Shown here piece by piece: positions 39,171 to 53,159 of a DNA stretch of 64,000 bases. The stretch is from Podarcis melisellensis (Eukaryota). The notes under the pieces were generated by a model, which worked only from the letters and a program-made list of their open reading frames with translations, searched no databases and was not told the origin of the DNA. The stretch lies in the NCBI GenBank assembly GCA_964234715.1, contig OZ174281.1, one strand, 5' to 3'. How positions within the stretch are numbered: position 1 is the first letter of the stretch; the number at the start of each line of letters is the position of its first letter. The position numbers and the translations under genes are program-made.

Positions 39171-40425
39171 CTCCCACTCCTAGCGGATAGCTTCCTGAAG
39201 CCTGGAGAGCGAGAGGGGTCGGTGCGCACCGACCCCTCTCGCTCTCCAGGCTTCAGCGAAAGCCTGCATTCGCTCCATAGGACGCACACACATTTTCCCT
39301 TGCTTTTTAGGAGGGAAAAAGTGCGTCCTATGGTGCGAAAAATACGGTATATAGGGAAATTCCTTGCACACAGACTGTAAACCTTACTAATTGAACTTCT
39401 ATGTAGCATCAATGGGCTACATCAGTTTAAGTCAGGAGGCAGATGAAATTTACCTGCTTCAAACTCCAAACATTGTTTGAATGAGAATTATAGAGTTTTT
39501 AGCGGGAATCATCCAAAATAATTACAACATGATAGCACTGAACCATACCCAACCAAAAACACTAATATTTATAGCCAACCTATTTCTTGAACACAACACA
39601 CAAAACACAAAGTTCAAACTCAAAATTGCTTTTCAACACAACACAGCTTTTCCCATGAAACTAACTGTAACAAAATAGCAAGCACTATTTCCACCTGAAA
39701 GCAGTCACGACTCACAACACATCTGTGAAACTTACCCTCTGTAACATTACTGTTCAAGATATGAAACAAAAACAATGCAATTGCAAAGAAGTTCTCCTTG
39801 TAGTAAACATACTACTTTTAGGTAGTTCCCTACACACCTATTTACTTACCTATACTAATAGCATCAAAATGTTTTACGTTGCTGCAGACCACCAGTGAGC
39901 ACCAGGGAGAATCAACACCACCAGTGAGCACATCTAGATACTTTACTTTGCTTTGTAAAAGCAGCTGGAGGAAGCCCATCATTCCAAATGCACTACCGGA
40001 AATATTACTATGTCAAGTGGAAACAAAGCAGTCAAGAACTAAAGACACTAAAAAAATGTAGAAAGTGCAAGGATCAAAAAAAGCATCTAGGGAAAGATAT
40101 TAAATTCAATACATTTAACTTTAAAGTATCAAAGCTCATATGTACTTTAGATATACTGGTAGGTTAATAATCCAGTGCTATATTTAAAATCTGAGACATT
40201 TCCATGAATTCTGTCTTTGTTTTTGCAGGATGGGGACAAAAAAAACCACATAACTTTAAAGTCGCAGCTGGTCTACAAATTTATGTTTCAGCAGCTGCTC
40301 TCTGCTCCCAATGACCTCACGGATATTTTGTATTGTTCATCCAAATGACAAAAGGAAAACCTGCAGTTCCTAGAATTTGAGACTTCCTTCCCCCACATTA
40401 AAATATATCTTCTATTTTATTGAAC

Positions 40426-40434
<9 letters not shown>

Positions 40435-40486
<52 letters not shown>
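40435..40486. repeat. (AT)26 microsatellite
   Basis: Perfect dinucleotide run. Confidence 0.97.
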
Positions 40487-40492
<6 letters not shown>

Positions 40493-41854
40493 TATACAAC
40501 TAAAGGCTCTGTGGTAAATGTAGACGGGCCCCAATCTTCTAGGCTTCGGCATCAAAACACTTTGACAGGTGTTATGGTGTCAGTTAGAGGGAGTGGGCAG
40601 AACACAAGGGAACAACTTCAGTCAGAATTACTCACAGGACATCTCCCACTTGATTTTTTTTCTAGTTGGTTGTAATTCTGCACAGGAATAGATATGAACT
40701 GAACTTGGCCACTGGTTCATAGGATTGGAATCAAACTGTTGCTGAGTTCTTGAAATGGGGGGTGGGGGCTTTTTCATAAATGTTTTGAAGAAACATTGTA
40801 TTGTGTTAAATGTCTTTATCATACTGGTTCATGTGGGATAACCAGCCCTATATAACGAACATGCTTAATTCTAATTAATGCATAAAGGGTTTAATACCAG
40901 TAAACTGTCCTGTCAAGCTTAGCTAAGTCAATTCAATCAAGCCTATTATTGTTCTTCTCCAATCTACCTGGGAGGTTCAGCGTGTGAAGAGGTTTGAGCT
41001 GGTTGCTCAAGCTCAACCGCATGGCTCTCACAATCCGCTCCTGAGTTCCTATAAACAATAATTTAAGAACTTTCACCATTTTGGAACTAAACTAAGTTTT
41101 ATTGCCTGTGGAACTTTTCTGAATGCTGGATTGAAAAGCACATGAATCAGACCTTTGGAGAGTTTGTAATTAAACCATTATTATCTTCCCAGACATGGTA
41201 TTCCTCTATGCTAGGGACAGAAGGAAACTTTGGAAAGCAACATTTTAAGGGGACATTTTGGAACTCACTTGGAGGGGCATAGTTTAAAGGTCTAACCACC
41301 CTATATTTCCATGCTGTTGCATATTCTGTGACTTTAAATCTTTAAATTCATATGTTCATACATTAAGCAAAGACTCTGGAACAAGCAGAATGGTACACTT
41401 GCAACCCTAAAGATGACAGGATCTAATGCTACTACCTCAGTGGATTTGACTATGTGGAAAATCATCAACTGACAACGGCCTCTTTCTTGGGCCAGTTTGC
41501 TCCCAGTCAGCTGCACAGTAACTGCAATGATTTTCTGTTTCCTATCTATTTATTTAAAAAATTTCAACAGTTTTTAACAACTGCATTTTCTCCCTAAGTC
41601 TCTCCCAGGTCCTATTGTTGAGGTACAAATTTAATTACTGTGATGCATTACAACCTCCCCAGAGCTTTCAAAATGATTTTGTACATGTCTTTCCATCACT
41701 TCCTCTAGTGCTGCTACTGCCACCACCACCAATGAAAATCTACAAAATCCCAAGTTTTTGAATATACTTTTCTAAAAAGAAGCAAAAAGACTCTTGGCAG
41801 AGCTGTCATTAAAGCCATTTAAGTCTGCAATAATGTTTCACTATCCTTAAAGTG

Positions 41855-41946
41855 TCGCGGCCATTAAAGTGAGATGAGCTCTGCAACCCCAGAGTCGTCT
41901 GCGACTGAACTGAATGGTCAGGGGTCCCTTTACCTTTAAACTTTAA
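41855..41946 (+). mobile_element. Sauria SINE 3' fragment
   Basis: gagatgagctctgcaaccccagagtcg...aatggtcaggggtccctttaccttta matches the 3' end of the 18887-19239 copy. Confidence 0.8.
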
Positions 41947-44588
41947 ACTACATCAGTTATTCAACAACAAAAAGTACATAAATTATCTATTTGCCAACAT
42001 ATTGCTTTCTGGAATGATGTTTTTGAACTAGATAGCATTTGAACTAGATAGCCTTAGCTGAGGCAAGAACACACACACAAATTCTAAGCTGCATCTGTAC
42101 ACCTATTTTGCCTTAGGGTATACAGTGTACCATGTGTCATAGCATAAAGAAGCCACAATCACAGCTGCTTCTTAGCAGTGATCTAAACTCTTTCCACATT
42201 TCTTATTGACCTCTATCTAGAGAACTATGTCCAGTTCTATGCCCCCACTTTTCTCAGAATCATCTAGATTAAATGGATTTTGTAAATACTGATATCATGA
42301 GCATTGGTATTTTCCTCCATTGATGATTCATTGTTATTTATCATTTCAAGAGTTTGTAGACTGCAAGCACTTTGGGCTGCAATTGATAACTGACCACACA
42401 AATGGCAAAGAAAACAAAAATATAGTGGATTAAGAGTTCAGGTGTAAGTTTCTCTCTGACTGCATGGAAAACAGAGATAAAGCAGAAGATAGGCTACATC
42501 TTAGTCACTCCCCTGTAAAAGGCATCAACTTGCAAAAGAATCAGCCAGCCATGAGATTTCAAAGCTTTACCTACTGACTCATAACAAACACATTCATCTA
42601 GCTACTATTCAGCAGCACTCCATTCTGTCAAAGAACTGCAAGTTCTTTCCTAATCAATACAAACAAGCCTTGCACAATCTTGTTAAGATGGGGTTTTCTC
42701 CACAGTCCATTTGAAAAGATGATCTGTCTGTAAAATCTGTAAAGAATAGTCATTAAAGTCAACTAAAAATGTCAACCTACACTTTCCAAGTCCGCATTTA
42801 TAAGCTATCTTACTGTGAGAAGTGTTACTGTGAAACAAACCTGTGTCCTAAGCAGTGTCTGTTAAATGTGAGTTAGTAAGATTTTAGCTGTCTTCCACAT
42901 GCTTCTCATTCCCCTTCTTTTTCCCTTCTGTTAAAATACCTTAATACATAAATTCCCTTCAGCATTTAGGGAACCTCTAGTGAACTGGGCTACAACCCCA
43001 AGCACTCTTATTAGGAAGCAAGCTCAATAAACATATTTTGGATGTTGCTGTTGACCATTCCTCTGACATCCCCTTCAGTCACAGTCATAACAGACAACAA
43101 AGAATACCCTTTAGTATTCTTATGTTGTAGTAGTTTAACTTAAGGCAATGAATACATCCATGCAAGTGGCTATGCTGAAGAGGCACCCCTCTACCCTAGC
43201 TTTTGACATCTGAGATATGTTTTCTCAGGACCCACCCTATTCATGTGACTGCAATTTGTTTTAACTCTTTTTATTATTGAATTTTAAATTGTTGTAACCT
43301 GCTCTGGGACCTGCTGATGAAAAGGAGACAATAAACTGAATCATAATCACCATCCTATAAAGAAAGGATGGAAGTGACTCACATTGTGTTAGTTGCAGAT
43401 TAATTTTTGAGGCTCTTTGGTTCTATTAAAATTAATTTCTAGTCAGGTTGCAGAAAGAAATTAGAGTATGTGTTCACAAAACTCAAGTAATCATTTGGAA
43501 GATCAAATTTACTCATTTTCACGAATTCATTATGTTTCACTAATTTTAAGAGTCTGATGTTAAGTTTTCACATTTATGGCTAATGATTCCATAGCACTCA
43601 TCACAGAATACTCATTTACAATACAAGTGATGTCAACTCCATGAAATGAAATGAAATTTAACCATGGCCCTCTGGGTCAAGGTGTATTAACAACACAACC
43701 TCCTGTTCTTAACAATTTGTACATTCCTACTGTCACCCTCATCAGGCAGATGAGAGAAATAAGAACCCATTTCTGAAGAACAACACTAGGATTTACTATC
43801 AGTAATGGGACAGAATACACTTTTTTAAATGACACACTTTAGAGAAGGATTAAAGCAAGCTATTATTAACAGAAATATAATTTGAATTAACAAAAAGCTT
43901 TCCAGAGAAACCAGAACTAAAGAAACATAAAAGATGTATAGGTGATGATCTGTCAACATAATAAAGATTCTATTTGAGAAACTTACTTTCCTATTTCAGT
44001 TAAACCTCACCTGGTTATCTGCATCCAATTCACTTATTGTAAAACTAGCATTTCAGTTCTTTAGAATAACATAATAATATGATGTACACAGCTACATTTG
44101 TATTTATAATTAATTTCCCCAGATAAACAATTCTAGCAATTATTCTCAAGAGTAGAACTCATTTCTTCCATCACAGCTCAAATGAGGTGACCTACAGAGC
44201 ACACCGTAAGCTACGTCTGGTCTCCAAGCCTTTTCATGGGAGTCGGGACTCAGGAGAACTAATTTGATACTAGAGCTTTTTAAAGATAAAGTACTATGAA
44301 TGTTGAGATTTTCATATATGTGTTATATTCTTAACTGATAACAAAAAAACAAAGAGGATGCACAACAAAACTGTTCAATGTAATGAAACTAAAAATACAG
44401 TATATTAATACATTTATAGTAATTGGAGATTTTCAAAGTCACATAAAAATTGTCAAAAGAGCATACTTTTGCTCAAGCAACAAGGACCACCAGCCTTCTA
44501 CAGCAGATTGTGGGAGTACACAGGAAGTGCAAAGGTGAGGAAGGGGAAGTCCCATTCCCTAAGTGAAGTCCGTTCCACTCATGGAAAT

Positions 44589-44790
44589 CCCATCAGATGT
44601 CAAGGAAATAAGCAACTATCTGACTTTTAGAAGACATCTGAAGGCAGCCCTGTTTAGGGAAGTTTTTAATGTTTGACCTTTTATTGTTTTTAATATCCTT
44701 TTGGAAGCCGCCCAGAGTGGCTGGGAACGCCTGACTAAATGGGTGGGGTATAAGTAATAAATTATTATTATTATTATTATTATTATTATT
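44589..44790 (+). mobile_element. L2-clade LINE 3' end with (ATT)n tail
   Basis: Homologous to 54952-55130 (ccatcagatgtc...gaaggcagccctgtttagggaa...gtggctggg), ending in about ten ATT repeats. Confidence 0.85.
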
Positions 44791-47700
44791 GACAAAACTG
44801 GATGTCCAAATGGAAATTAATATTAACTTCAATTTTATCAAGCATTACACAAAAGGAATTATGACAACTTTGGCAGTGTGTATCTCAAATGATTCCGAAG
44901 CACACAGTTTTCTTACTATACAAAATTGAGCAGTATTCACAACTTAAATAGTTATACTTGTTCTAAAGCTAATAGGCTAGAATTCTCAATCCTCTGTCTT
45001 GCATTTTTGTTAGATACTTTGTTACCCTAACAAGGCGGCTTCAAGCCAGGTGGTAAACCATATAGAACACAGCCAAAATTTAATAAAATTACACAGAAGG
45101 CTATCACCCCTCTATCTATGTGCTTATGCATGGTGAAGAAGAGAAGGCAACTGAACTGGCTACTTAGATCAGTTACTGAAATGAAGTTGAACTAGTGAAT
45201 AAAATATGTCCTTATTATGCTGGATTTCACTAGTCAAAGATTACCGCTCCGAGCAAGGTAGTCTGTTTAACTTCAAGAATGGCTCTGCATATATCACACC
45301 TGTCTGGAGTTACAGTAATGTGTTTCTAGAAGGCACAGACCAGGTTTCAACATCTGGAAGCAGACCATTAAGAAAAAAGTAATTACCGAAATTACCATGA
45401 AGGAAGACATCTTTTTTAACAATGATAAACTTGAAAACCACTGAGGAAACCATGGTAGTTCTGAAACTATTGTGAGTGGGAGGAGAAAACATACTAGGAA
45501 CTGTGGGAACTGCCGTAACGCCATGCTGGGGGGGCAGATAGGAGGAATGAGGTCAGGACATATTAAGTGTCTGCTAATGAGTGTACTTTGTTGTGAAAGG
45601 AACTGGCAGTTGATGGTTATGATGGTTGTGCTATCAGTTTCCCCTCTGGAGCCATGAGACCTCTCAAAAACCAAGTTGGGAGATAAGTGGGTGTGGAAAT
45701 TCTGAAAGCTGAGAATATCTGCTGCACAATGAACTTGTAAGCAATACCTACCCTTGTTTCATCTTTGCAGTCTAGTCAAATATTTACAGGTTAGTTTTGT
45801 CAATGCATTAGTTAAGCTATTTGATTCTGCCTTCAATAGCTCACCCTTAAGGCTATATGAAAGCTCTCTGTAGGGAATCATCTTGATACAGAAATTAGCT
45901 TTGACAGGACTATATTTGATACTTCAACTGTCATGCCACATTTCAAATCAAAAGGAAGTCACAAGGTACTGTAGGATTTACATTATATCAAATAGACTCT
46001 GCCTTAAGAGTTCCGAAACAAATAGCCCTTACTTTAAGCAAGTATTTCCTTTTGAAGGACCATTTCATGTCCAAAAAAAGAGACAGCAATTTCAAACATT
46101 GTAAGTTCCCTTGTTTGGGAAGCATTGACCTGGAAGTTTTTGTTCTTCTTAGCTAAATGCCAACAGTTCTTAAATTTTCAGATAGTTGAGTGTTTTTCTT
46201 TTTTACAGAACTAGCGCCTTCAGTCTTTCTGAAAAGCAGTAAGATAACGTGAATGGCTTGTATCAAACTAAGTTTGACTCAGTGTAAAACTACCAAAATT
46301 AATAAACCCAAGTTAGTCACATTCATTAATTTCAATGGGTGGGGTTCACCTAAACAGTCCTGTTAGAAGTCCTACACAAGGATTTCAACTTGCACAATGG
46401 GTTTCCCCCTATTCTCACCCTCCTCCTCCCAAAGCTGCCTGAGCAGGTCGGAAGAATCCCCAGAACAGTGTGCAGGGAGAGGAGAGGTGAGATCATTCTA
46501 TCTGGCAAGCTGCAATGCTTGCAACAGATTGAAAAACTGAAAATTGCAACGTTGAATAGGTCTGCTCTAAGGAAGACCACCACTGGATACATCCCAATCA
46601 CCCAGTTATCTTGATAAAATTACATTATTTTATGTAACTTCTCTTGTAAAATAATAAGTAGGCTTGAGCTAATGTTCTAGTTGCAGAGAGCAAGGTATTT
46701 TCTACTTGAGTCAAGCAGATAAAAGCAGACCCAGACTTAGTCTGAGCAGTCTTCATAATTATTTATTTTGCATTTAATGCATTACTCTTATATGGAATGT
46801 ATTCATTTGAAACTTAACTTGTCAGTGCATCTCTTTCAACCTTAGGTTGAGGCTGGTAGGGGGAAAGACCACAGAGATCTCAAGTGTAGGGCTGGGCAAG
46901 GTACTACTCCCAGACAGGGAAACTAGGGCTTTCTTCTTGTATCAAATACAAAAATGAGCATCCAGCAACAAAGCTGGCTGTCAGGCACTTTGGAAACACT
47001 GAAAAGGGGACTTTGAAAGGTAGGCAAGGCAATGCACCTATCTAAAATCATAATGATGTCAGATGACTCACAAGTGAGTTATCCAAAAGGTTTGTCTGCA
47101 GGGGTGGGGACAGTTAAGAATCTGACCTGCTGAGCCAAAAAGATTCCCCATCCCTGCTAATAAAGTAATGTGGCAACCCATCTAAAACCAAAAACACACC
47201 ACCCAACACCACCAGGGAAAAACATTTAGTCCAACATACTCCCTACTGTGCTTGTCTTCTACTGGTAGGAAGATTACACATGAGCACATGCGTGTTCAAA
47301 ACATTATGACACAGTGGCCTATTAAAATGGCAATCCCAGAGCTGAGAGAGTTCCAGGAATGATCAGATCTATAGTCAATCAGGGCTCAAGACAAGGTAAA
47401 CAGGAGTGAGATAGACTGAACCGGAAGGAAAGCTGTCCAGAGACCTCTATTGTGAGCTGTTGAACAGCCAACTCACCCCCTTCCTACTTACCAGATGCAC
47501 TTGGGGAAGCCTCCTATTGAGAGACCCCTGCTTTCCTTAAAGCCAGGCAAGCATTTCTCATCCATTATCTGTCTCACACCAGGTCTGCCTCTGTCTTAGC
47601 TCCTGGGGGCTACAGGGAAGAGGGAGAAGCTCGATCCATGGTGTGGTGTAGGGAATTAGACTGATGAGTTAGACTGCTTAACAGATTCTTCAAGGCATTC

Positions 47701-47834
47701 CATGAGGACAAAATTCCTTGGACAAAATGCCTTCAGTGTCTAGGTCAGACTAACTCTTGACAATATGTTTACATACACCAACTCTAGTCTGACTCATGTT
47801 TTACTTTCATTCAGGATCCATACAATACTTCCTT

Positions 47835-47964
47835 GCAGCCCTGTTTAGGGAAGTTTTTAACATTTGGTGTTTTGTTGCTTTTTTACATATTCTGTTGGGA
47901 GCCGCCCAGAGTTGCTGGAGAAACCCGGGGAGATGGGCAGGGTATAAATAATAATTATTATTAT
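47835..47964 (+). mobile_element. L2-clade LINE 3' end (short)
   Basis: gcagccctgtttagggaagtttttaa...gccgcccagag...gggtataaataataattattattat; same family as 44589 and 54680. Confidence 0.8.
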
Positions 47965-49294
47965 TTCTGTATCAGGTTACGAATCACTCACTTCTACTTC
48001 AAAGCTATTTGCATCTGTTCACTATTTCAGATGCACTGTAGGAAACAATCCCTTATGTTAAATCTTCCAGCAAGTTTTATATTAAGCTTTCAGCCTCCAT
48101 TTATAGTGGATTCTACATAAGCATTTCCAAGTCTAGACTAAAATCAAAGTTCTAATGCGAACACATCCCAAGCACTCAGAATACTCAGCTTTATTTATCT
48201 CTCTGATGTATGACCATCTATTCTCTAATCATCCAGCTCTAAGCATATGGAAACAAGCTGTTCTATAAACCATTTGCGGGCAGAGGTCTAAGAGAGTTTG
48301 ACTCTCTGTATCAACTTTCATTTTAAAGTAACATCTTTTGTATCTTGCTTATTGATATCAACATGGCCCTTCCATGTTACTAGGGTCTAATTTGGATTTT
48401 GACCTACTGAGGCTGCTTTCTGGGCCAGATTCAACCAAGTTGTTGCCCTAGCAGAAGCCAGAAAATAAGCCCCCCTGAACCCTCCCCAAATGTGTTCACT
48501 CTTAGTTTCTTCCTACCTTCAGTCAGATATCCACCAAGCACTTCAAAACCAAACTAAGAATTCAAAGTTAGTTGTAAAAGCCACATAAGTTCATTTATAT
48601 TATTGTTATCAAGCACTCGGAACACTCAAACTTGACTGCTCAATCTATTGTTTAAACCCACACTATCATCTATATTGTTGCATGAGAGTATGGATATAGA
48701 TCACTCATGAAGATTAGCATAAACAACTCGAGTGCTAGAATATTGTCTGGCTAGCTCAAGTAATAGTCAGCTTTTCATAAGAACATCTAAATGTACTGAT
48801 TTTCAGTACAAATATGTGCTGGAACGAAACCTTCACTGTGATTATCTGTGCTGCCAATCTCTTTCAGATTATCATTGCTTTATTCACCACCATCACCACT
48901 TAGGTGCTTTCCCAATGGAGCAATTGACAACAACAAATGTATTTTGTTTCATTATTTAGCCATACATCATGGCACAATCTTATTCTGAAAATTTGCCAGT
49001 TAAGGATCTATAAGATTCAGCAGAAGACTTGCTATATTGGTAGAATACCAGGTATGATACTGCCATGACAGATTCACCCATTTATCCGGCATCTTCCACC
49101 AGTATAATATCTAAAGCAGAACACATGCTGTATCCTATATACATTCCAACAGTGGAACTTCATATCAGCCCCAGACCAAGTGCCAAGAAATTTCTCTCAT
49201 TGACTTCAATGGGGGGTGTTATTAAAAATTGCAGCCTCTCTACTGAAAACCACCCTACCCATGTCCCACAACAGAGTGTAACATATGGTATAAC

Positions 49295-49773
49295 GGTAAA
49301 GGACCCTGGATGGTTAAGTCCAGTCAAAATCGACTATTGCATGTGGTGCTCATTTCTACTTTCAAGCCAAGGGAGCCACCATTTGTCTGCAGACAGCTTT
49401 CTGGGTCATGTGGCCAGCTTGACTAAACCGCTTCTGGCACACAGGACACTGCGACAGAAGACAGAGCACACGGAAGCATCATTTACCTTCCTGCTGTAGC
49501 AGTACCTATGTATCAGGGAAGTTCCCTGTTCAGGGAAGTTTTTAATGTGTGACATTTTACTGTATTTTTAATCTTTGTTGGAAGCCGCCCAAAGTGGCTG
49601 GGGAAACCCAGCCAGATGGGCGGGGTACAAATAATAAATTATTATTAAATTATTATCATCTTCTCACACGGGTATGCTAGGTTGGCAGGAGCTAGGAAAA
49701 AGCAACGAGAGTTCACCCTATCACACAGATTCAAACTGCTGACCTCACGATCCATAAGCCCACCTGCGTCTCA
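49295..49773 (-). mobile_element. Older Sauria SINE, interrupted by a nested L2-type 3' end
   Basis: Colinear with the 18887-19239 copy (ggtaaaggaccc..., gggtcatgtggccagc..., gctaggttggcaggagc); 16-bp TSD TAACATATGGT(A/G)TAAC at 49279 and 49774. Confidence 0.82.
49515..49657 (+). mobile_element. L2-clade LINE 3' end nested in the Sauria SINE
   Basis: ccctgttcagggaagtttttaatg...gtggctggggaaacccagccagatgggcggggtacaaataataaattattatt. Confidence 0.82.
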
Positions 49774-51963
49774 TAACATATGGTGTAACTCAATGCCAAA
49801 CCACAGCATATCATCACCAATATATTCACCACACACAGGGAGACCACAACTCAAGGTAACAGGGCATGCTACATACTGCTACATTTCTCTGGTCCCATGC
49901 CAGGTATATTATCTTTAGAATCCAGATACAAATATCCAACAGCAAACCTCACTCCAACAATGAGGGTGCCAGGATGGAGCACCCCATACAGGTAAGCAAG
50001 AGATCAGGGGCAACCATGACACAATGCAGAATTGTTCCAAATGCTTCCCTTGTCTCCCATCCCTACATCAGCCATACATGAACACTGTGTCTTCCCTGAA
50101 CCGCATTGTTGTTAACAGTAAAATGTACTTTCAGCAGAAAGTAATACTTTCCACATTAAGGTGAAGCACTCATCCCAACACTGCAGGTAAGCTATTAGCA
50201 AAGGCCAAGCACTCAAATTCAACTACTGCTATTGAACCCCATTATCCCTAATGCATTGCAAGAGCACACTCAGACTTCCACTGCAACCCCCAAGGATGAA
50301 AAAGGGGTGTGTACTCACTGCAGGAGGAACACATGAGCACTTGGGTGGTACCACTCTCCCTTGTCTCTTTCTGCCTTTCTACCTATTCTGCATCCAGATT
50401 CAGCTATAATCCAGCTGCTGCCTACTACTCATTACTCTTGGTCTCCTCAGGCTGACTGTTCCGCAGCTACCACTGTAAGCTCCATGGCAGACAGTTTTGC
50501 AACAAGTGAAGATACTCCTAACATGAAGCAGGTATGGGTGGTGCAAAGAACAGGACAAGCACCCTGTTGGAGTGGCATCTTGCCAATCCCAAATGTTTGG
50601 CTTTTCCTTGCAGGATTTACTGAGTTCTACCCCACCCCAGATGCTGATCAATCAGGGCTATAACTGCCACATGTGTTGTTTCCTTATTCCCAGAGACTGA
50701 TAAGGATTGCTTTTCCACACTCTAGCGTGATCTGGCTTCAGCTGACCTCAGGATGGAAATCACAGAGGCTGAGAGTTTGAAGGGTTTAGGAGTGGCCCTT
50801 CACACCTGTTCAGTCAAGGATCCTTTACCATGAGGTTAGAATGCCTCTTAGGATGTACAGCAGGGAATGAAAATAAAAGCAGACAGTGAGCCCTGCACAG
50901 TGCTATCCAGTAGAACCAAGCTATCAGGCAAAATAGCAGGGTATGTAATGGATTGATCACATAGGTTGCCAGGAGTGAGGCAAACGAAAAGGACTGTTGG
51001 CCCATACACAGGCTGAGTTATTGGTACCATGCAGCACTCCTCTGATTAGCTCAGGTGTGCCTGGTATGGAGTAATACTCAGATTGAAACTTGGGTCCCTT
51101 GCATGTAAAATGTGAGCTGTTTCACCCAGCTAGGATTCCTTCTGCATTCCTGGCATCTATGCAGGTGTTGAGGTTGGCAGAAGAGAAGACAAATGGCTCA
51201 TTATGTGCTTGATTGTTGTCAGCTGTTATAGTATATGGTTTCAGGCACTGCTCCATGGTGTTTGCAGCATGACTTCAAGTCCTGAAATCACATTCTCTTT
51301 TGCCTGACATGACTTTAACCAGGCTACATTTGCCCTTTTTTCTGGTGGACCTGAAACTGCCATGTCCTGCTTCCCAGTCCAATATTGTATACAGTGAGCC
51401 TCTGGAGGTTGATGCTGTCAATGCCTTTTGCTGCATGTGCTGACCCCTGGGCTGTGGGGCAAGAGTCTTTGTGTCACCAGATGATATTGAACCTTTATTC
51501 CAGTAGGGCTGCATGTACTCTCTGCCCATATAGCTATGATGGTAACATACTGTGCAAGCTTTCCTTCTTCCATTGAGACTGTATGTTGTGCTCATACAAT
51601 AGTAGGTGTACGACACAAAGGGATTTGAACCCCTGGTCTGTAGGTATGCCTACAGACTGGCAGGGTCATTGCATGCTGTGCCTGGAGCTGATGGAGATGC
51701 AATTGGGGTTGTGCTCCTCTCATGCATTAATTGTCAATGTCTGTACAGGTCAGGAGAGGCCAGCTCACAACAGAATGACTATGTGAAGCTCTACCTTGGG
51801 CCTCCAAAACAAACCCTAGACAGGGGAAGCATGTGGGCATTGTCACTGGAACAGTTTCCCCATGGTAGTGTGATGGGGGCAGTAATCTAACAACATCTGG
51901 GAACTCAGTACTGGAAAAGGCTCTTTTAGACTTCAGAGGCGCTTCAGTGTTTGCTTAACTAAA

Positions 51964-51990
<27 letters not shown>
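51964..51990. repeat. (AC)n microsatellite
   Basis: About 13 AC units. Confidence 0.95.
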
Positions 51991-51994
<4 letters not shown>

Positions 51995-53116
51995 TGCTAA
52001 CATGTAACACAGGACAAAACAAAGCAACGAAAAGACACCGCAAGAAGAGTGAAGACTATAAAGAATAACACACAAAATTCTGAGTGCCAACTTGCAGAAA
52101 TGTGAGTTTATGCCTTTTTTTAAAAAAGCAAGAACTGTAAAATGGAATTCTCACTTTGGATAATAATTTCTGCCATTTTTGAATTAGTACATCATTTATT
52201 TATTTTTAATAGTGGAAATAGAGTAAAGTAATAACATTTTTTTGATAACACTAATCTGGAAACATTGCCCAACTGCATGAAAACATATTCTACACTAGAA
52301 TTTATACCAAGCATATATCTTATAGCAAGCATATAGTTTAATCATGCATAGACTATGTATTTGAAACATTAAAAAATCAAAACTGCATCTTTCATATGAA
52401 ATTTTAGTCAAAACTTTAAAAAAACTAAAAGTGATTTTGATTGTTTCATTCTTCACATATGTGGGGAAATGCTCTTTTAAAAACATGGCTTTGCAATGAC
52501 TGCTTTAAAAGCAAAAAGGAACACATCAGAAACCAACCTCTCATTTAAACATTACTAGCAGAAAAAAAGGTTCTGGATTGGTATACCACTCTTATATCAC
52601 TCTTTTTCTCCAATCTACCAAATATGAAACAACCTGCTTCATGTTAAAGCATGCTTGTACTAAAGGATGCCAGCAGTCAACATTACAGAAATGATTCAAC
52701 AGAAATGGATTCCTGACTACTGTTCCCTAATATCATATTTAATTTTAATGATTTCTTTTTTAAAGAAAGAAGTGTGTACTAGGCAAATTTTATCCAATGC
52801 CTGGCAATGTACATTTCTATGAACTCTTACATAATTACAGACCTAGATCATCATCAGCTTAGATTCACGCCTGCAAAATTTCATTTTATAATCAAGGCAA
52901 AGGAATAACAATGCCTGCTATAAATATGCAGGGATATTTTTTTTCATTTACTCTTCTCAGCTACATAAATAAGATCTCTAGCTATTCCACTATCAGAATA
53001 CACAGTACAAGTCAAGCAAAACAAAAGCTCAAAAAATAGCTTACAAATTACTTTAACTGGCATTTTAATACAATAAGAGCTTTAAAGATGAAAACCATTA
53101 ATAAACTTTCACCTAC

Positions 53117-53159
53117 AAGAATTCTTCCGATTATTCTCAGTGGTTCCTGGAGAAGACAT
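53117..53159 (-). CDS. DTNBP1: Candidate alternative first coding exon of DTNBP1 (short isoform N-terminus MSSPGTTENNRKNS)
   Basis: GCC-ATG Kozak context, 43 nt to CTT|gtaggt donor, phase 1 compatible with exon 8. No expression evidence is available from sequence alone. Confidence 0.6.

Larger units (their letters stand above)
37946..39347 (+). mobile_element. Tc2/pogo-like non-autonomous DNA transposon, copy 3 (1402 bp), with two internal tandem arrays
   Basis: TA TSD; TIR CCGTATTTTTCGCAC(G/C)AT(T/A)GGACGCAC; 119/120-bp and 129-bp arrays; perfect 62-bp palindrome at 39195-39256. Confidence 0.9.

Noticed and set aside
37920-39412. Many overlapping 60-195 aa ORFs with repeated peptides (also at 5706-6469 and 26709-27110)
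   Set aside because: By-products of GC-rich tandem repeats inside non-autonomous MITEs; open in several frames on both strands, with no transposase (DDE/HTH) motifs.
42022-42052. 15-bp direct repeat TTTGAACTAGATAGC x2
   Set aside because: Simple local tandem duplication with nothing inserted between the copies.
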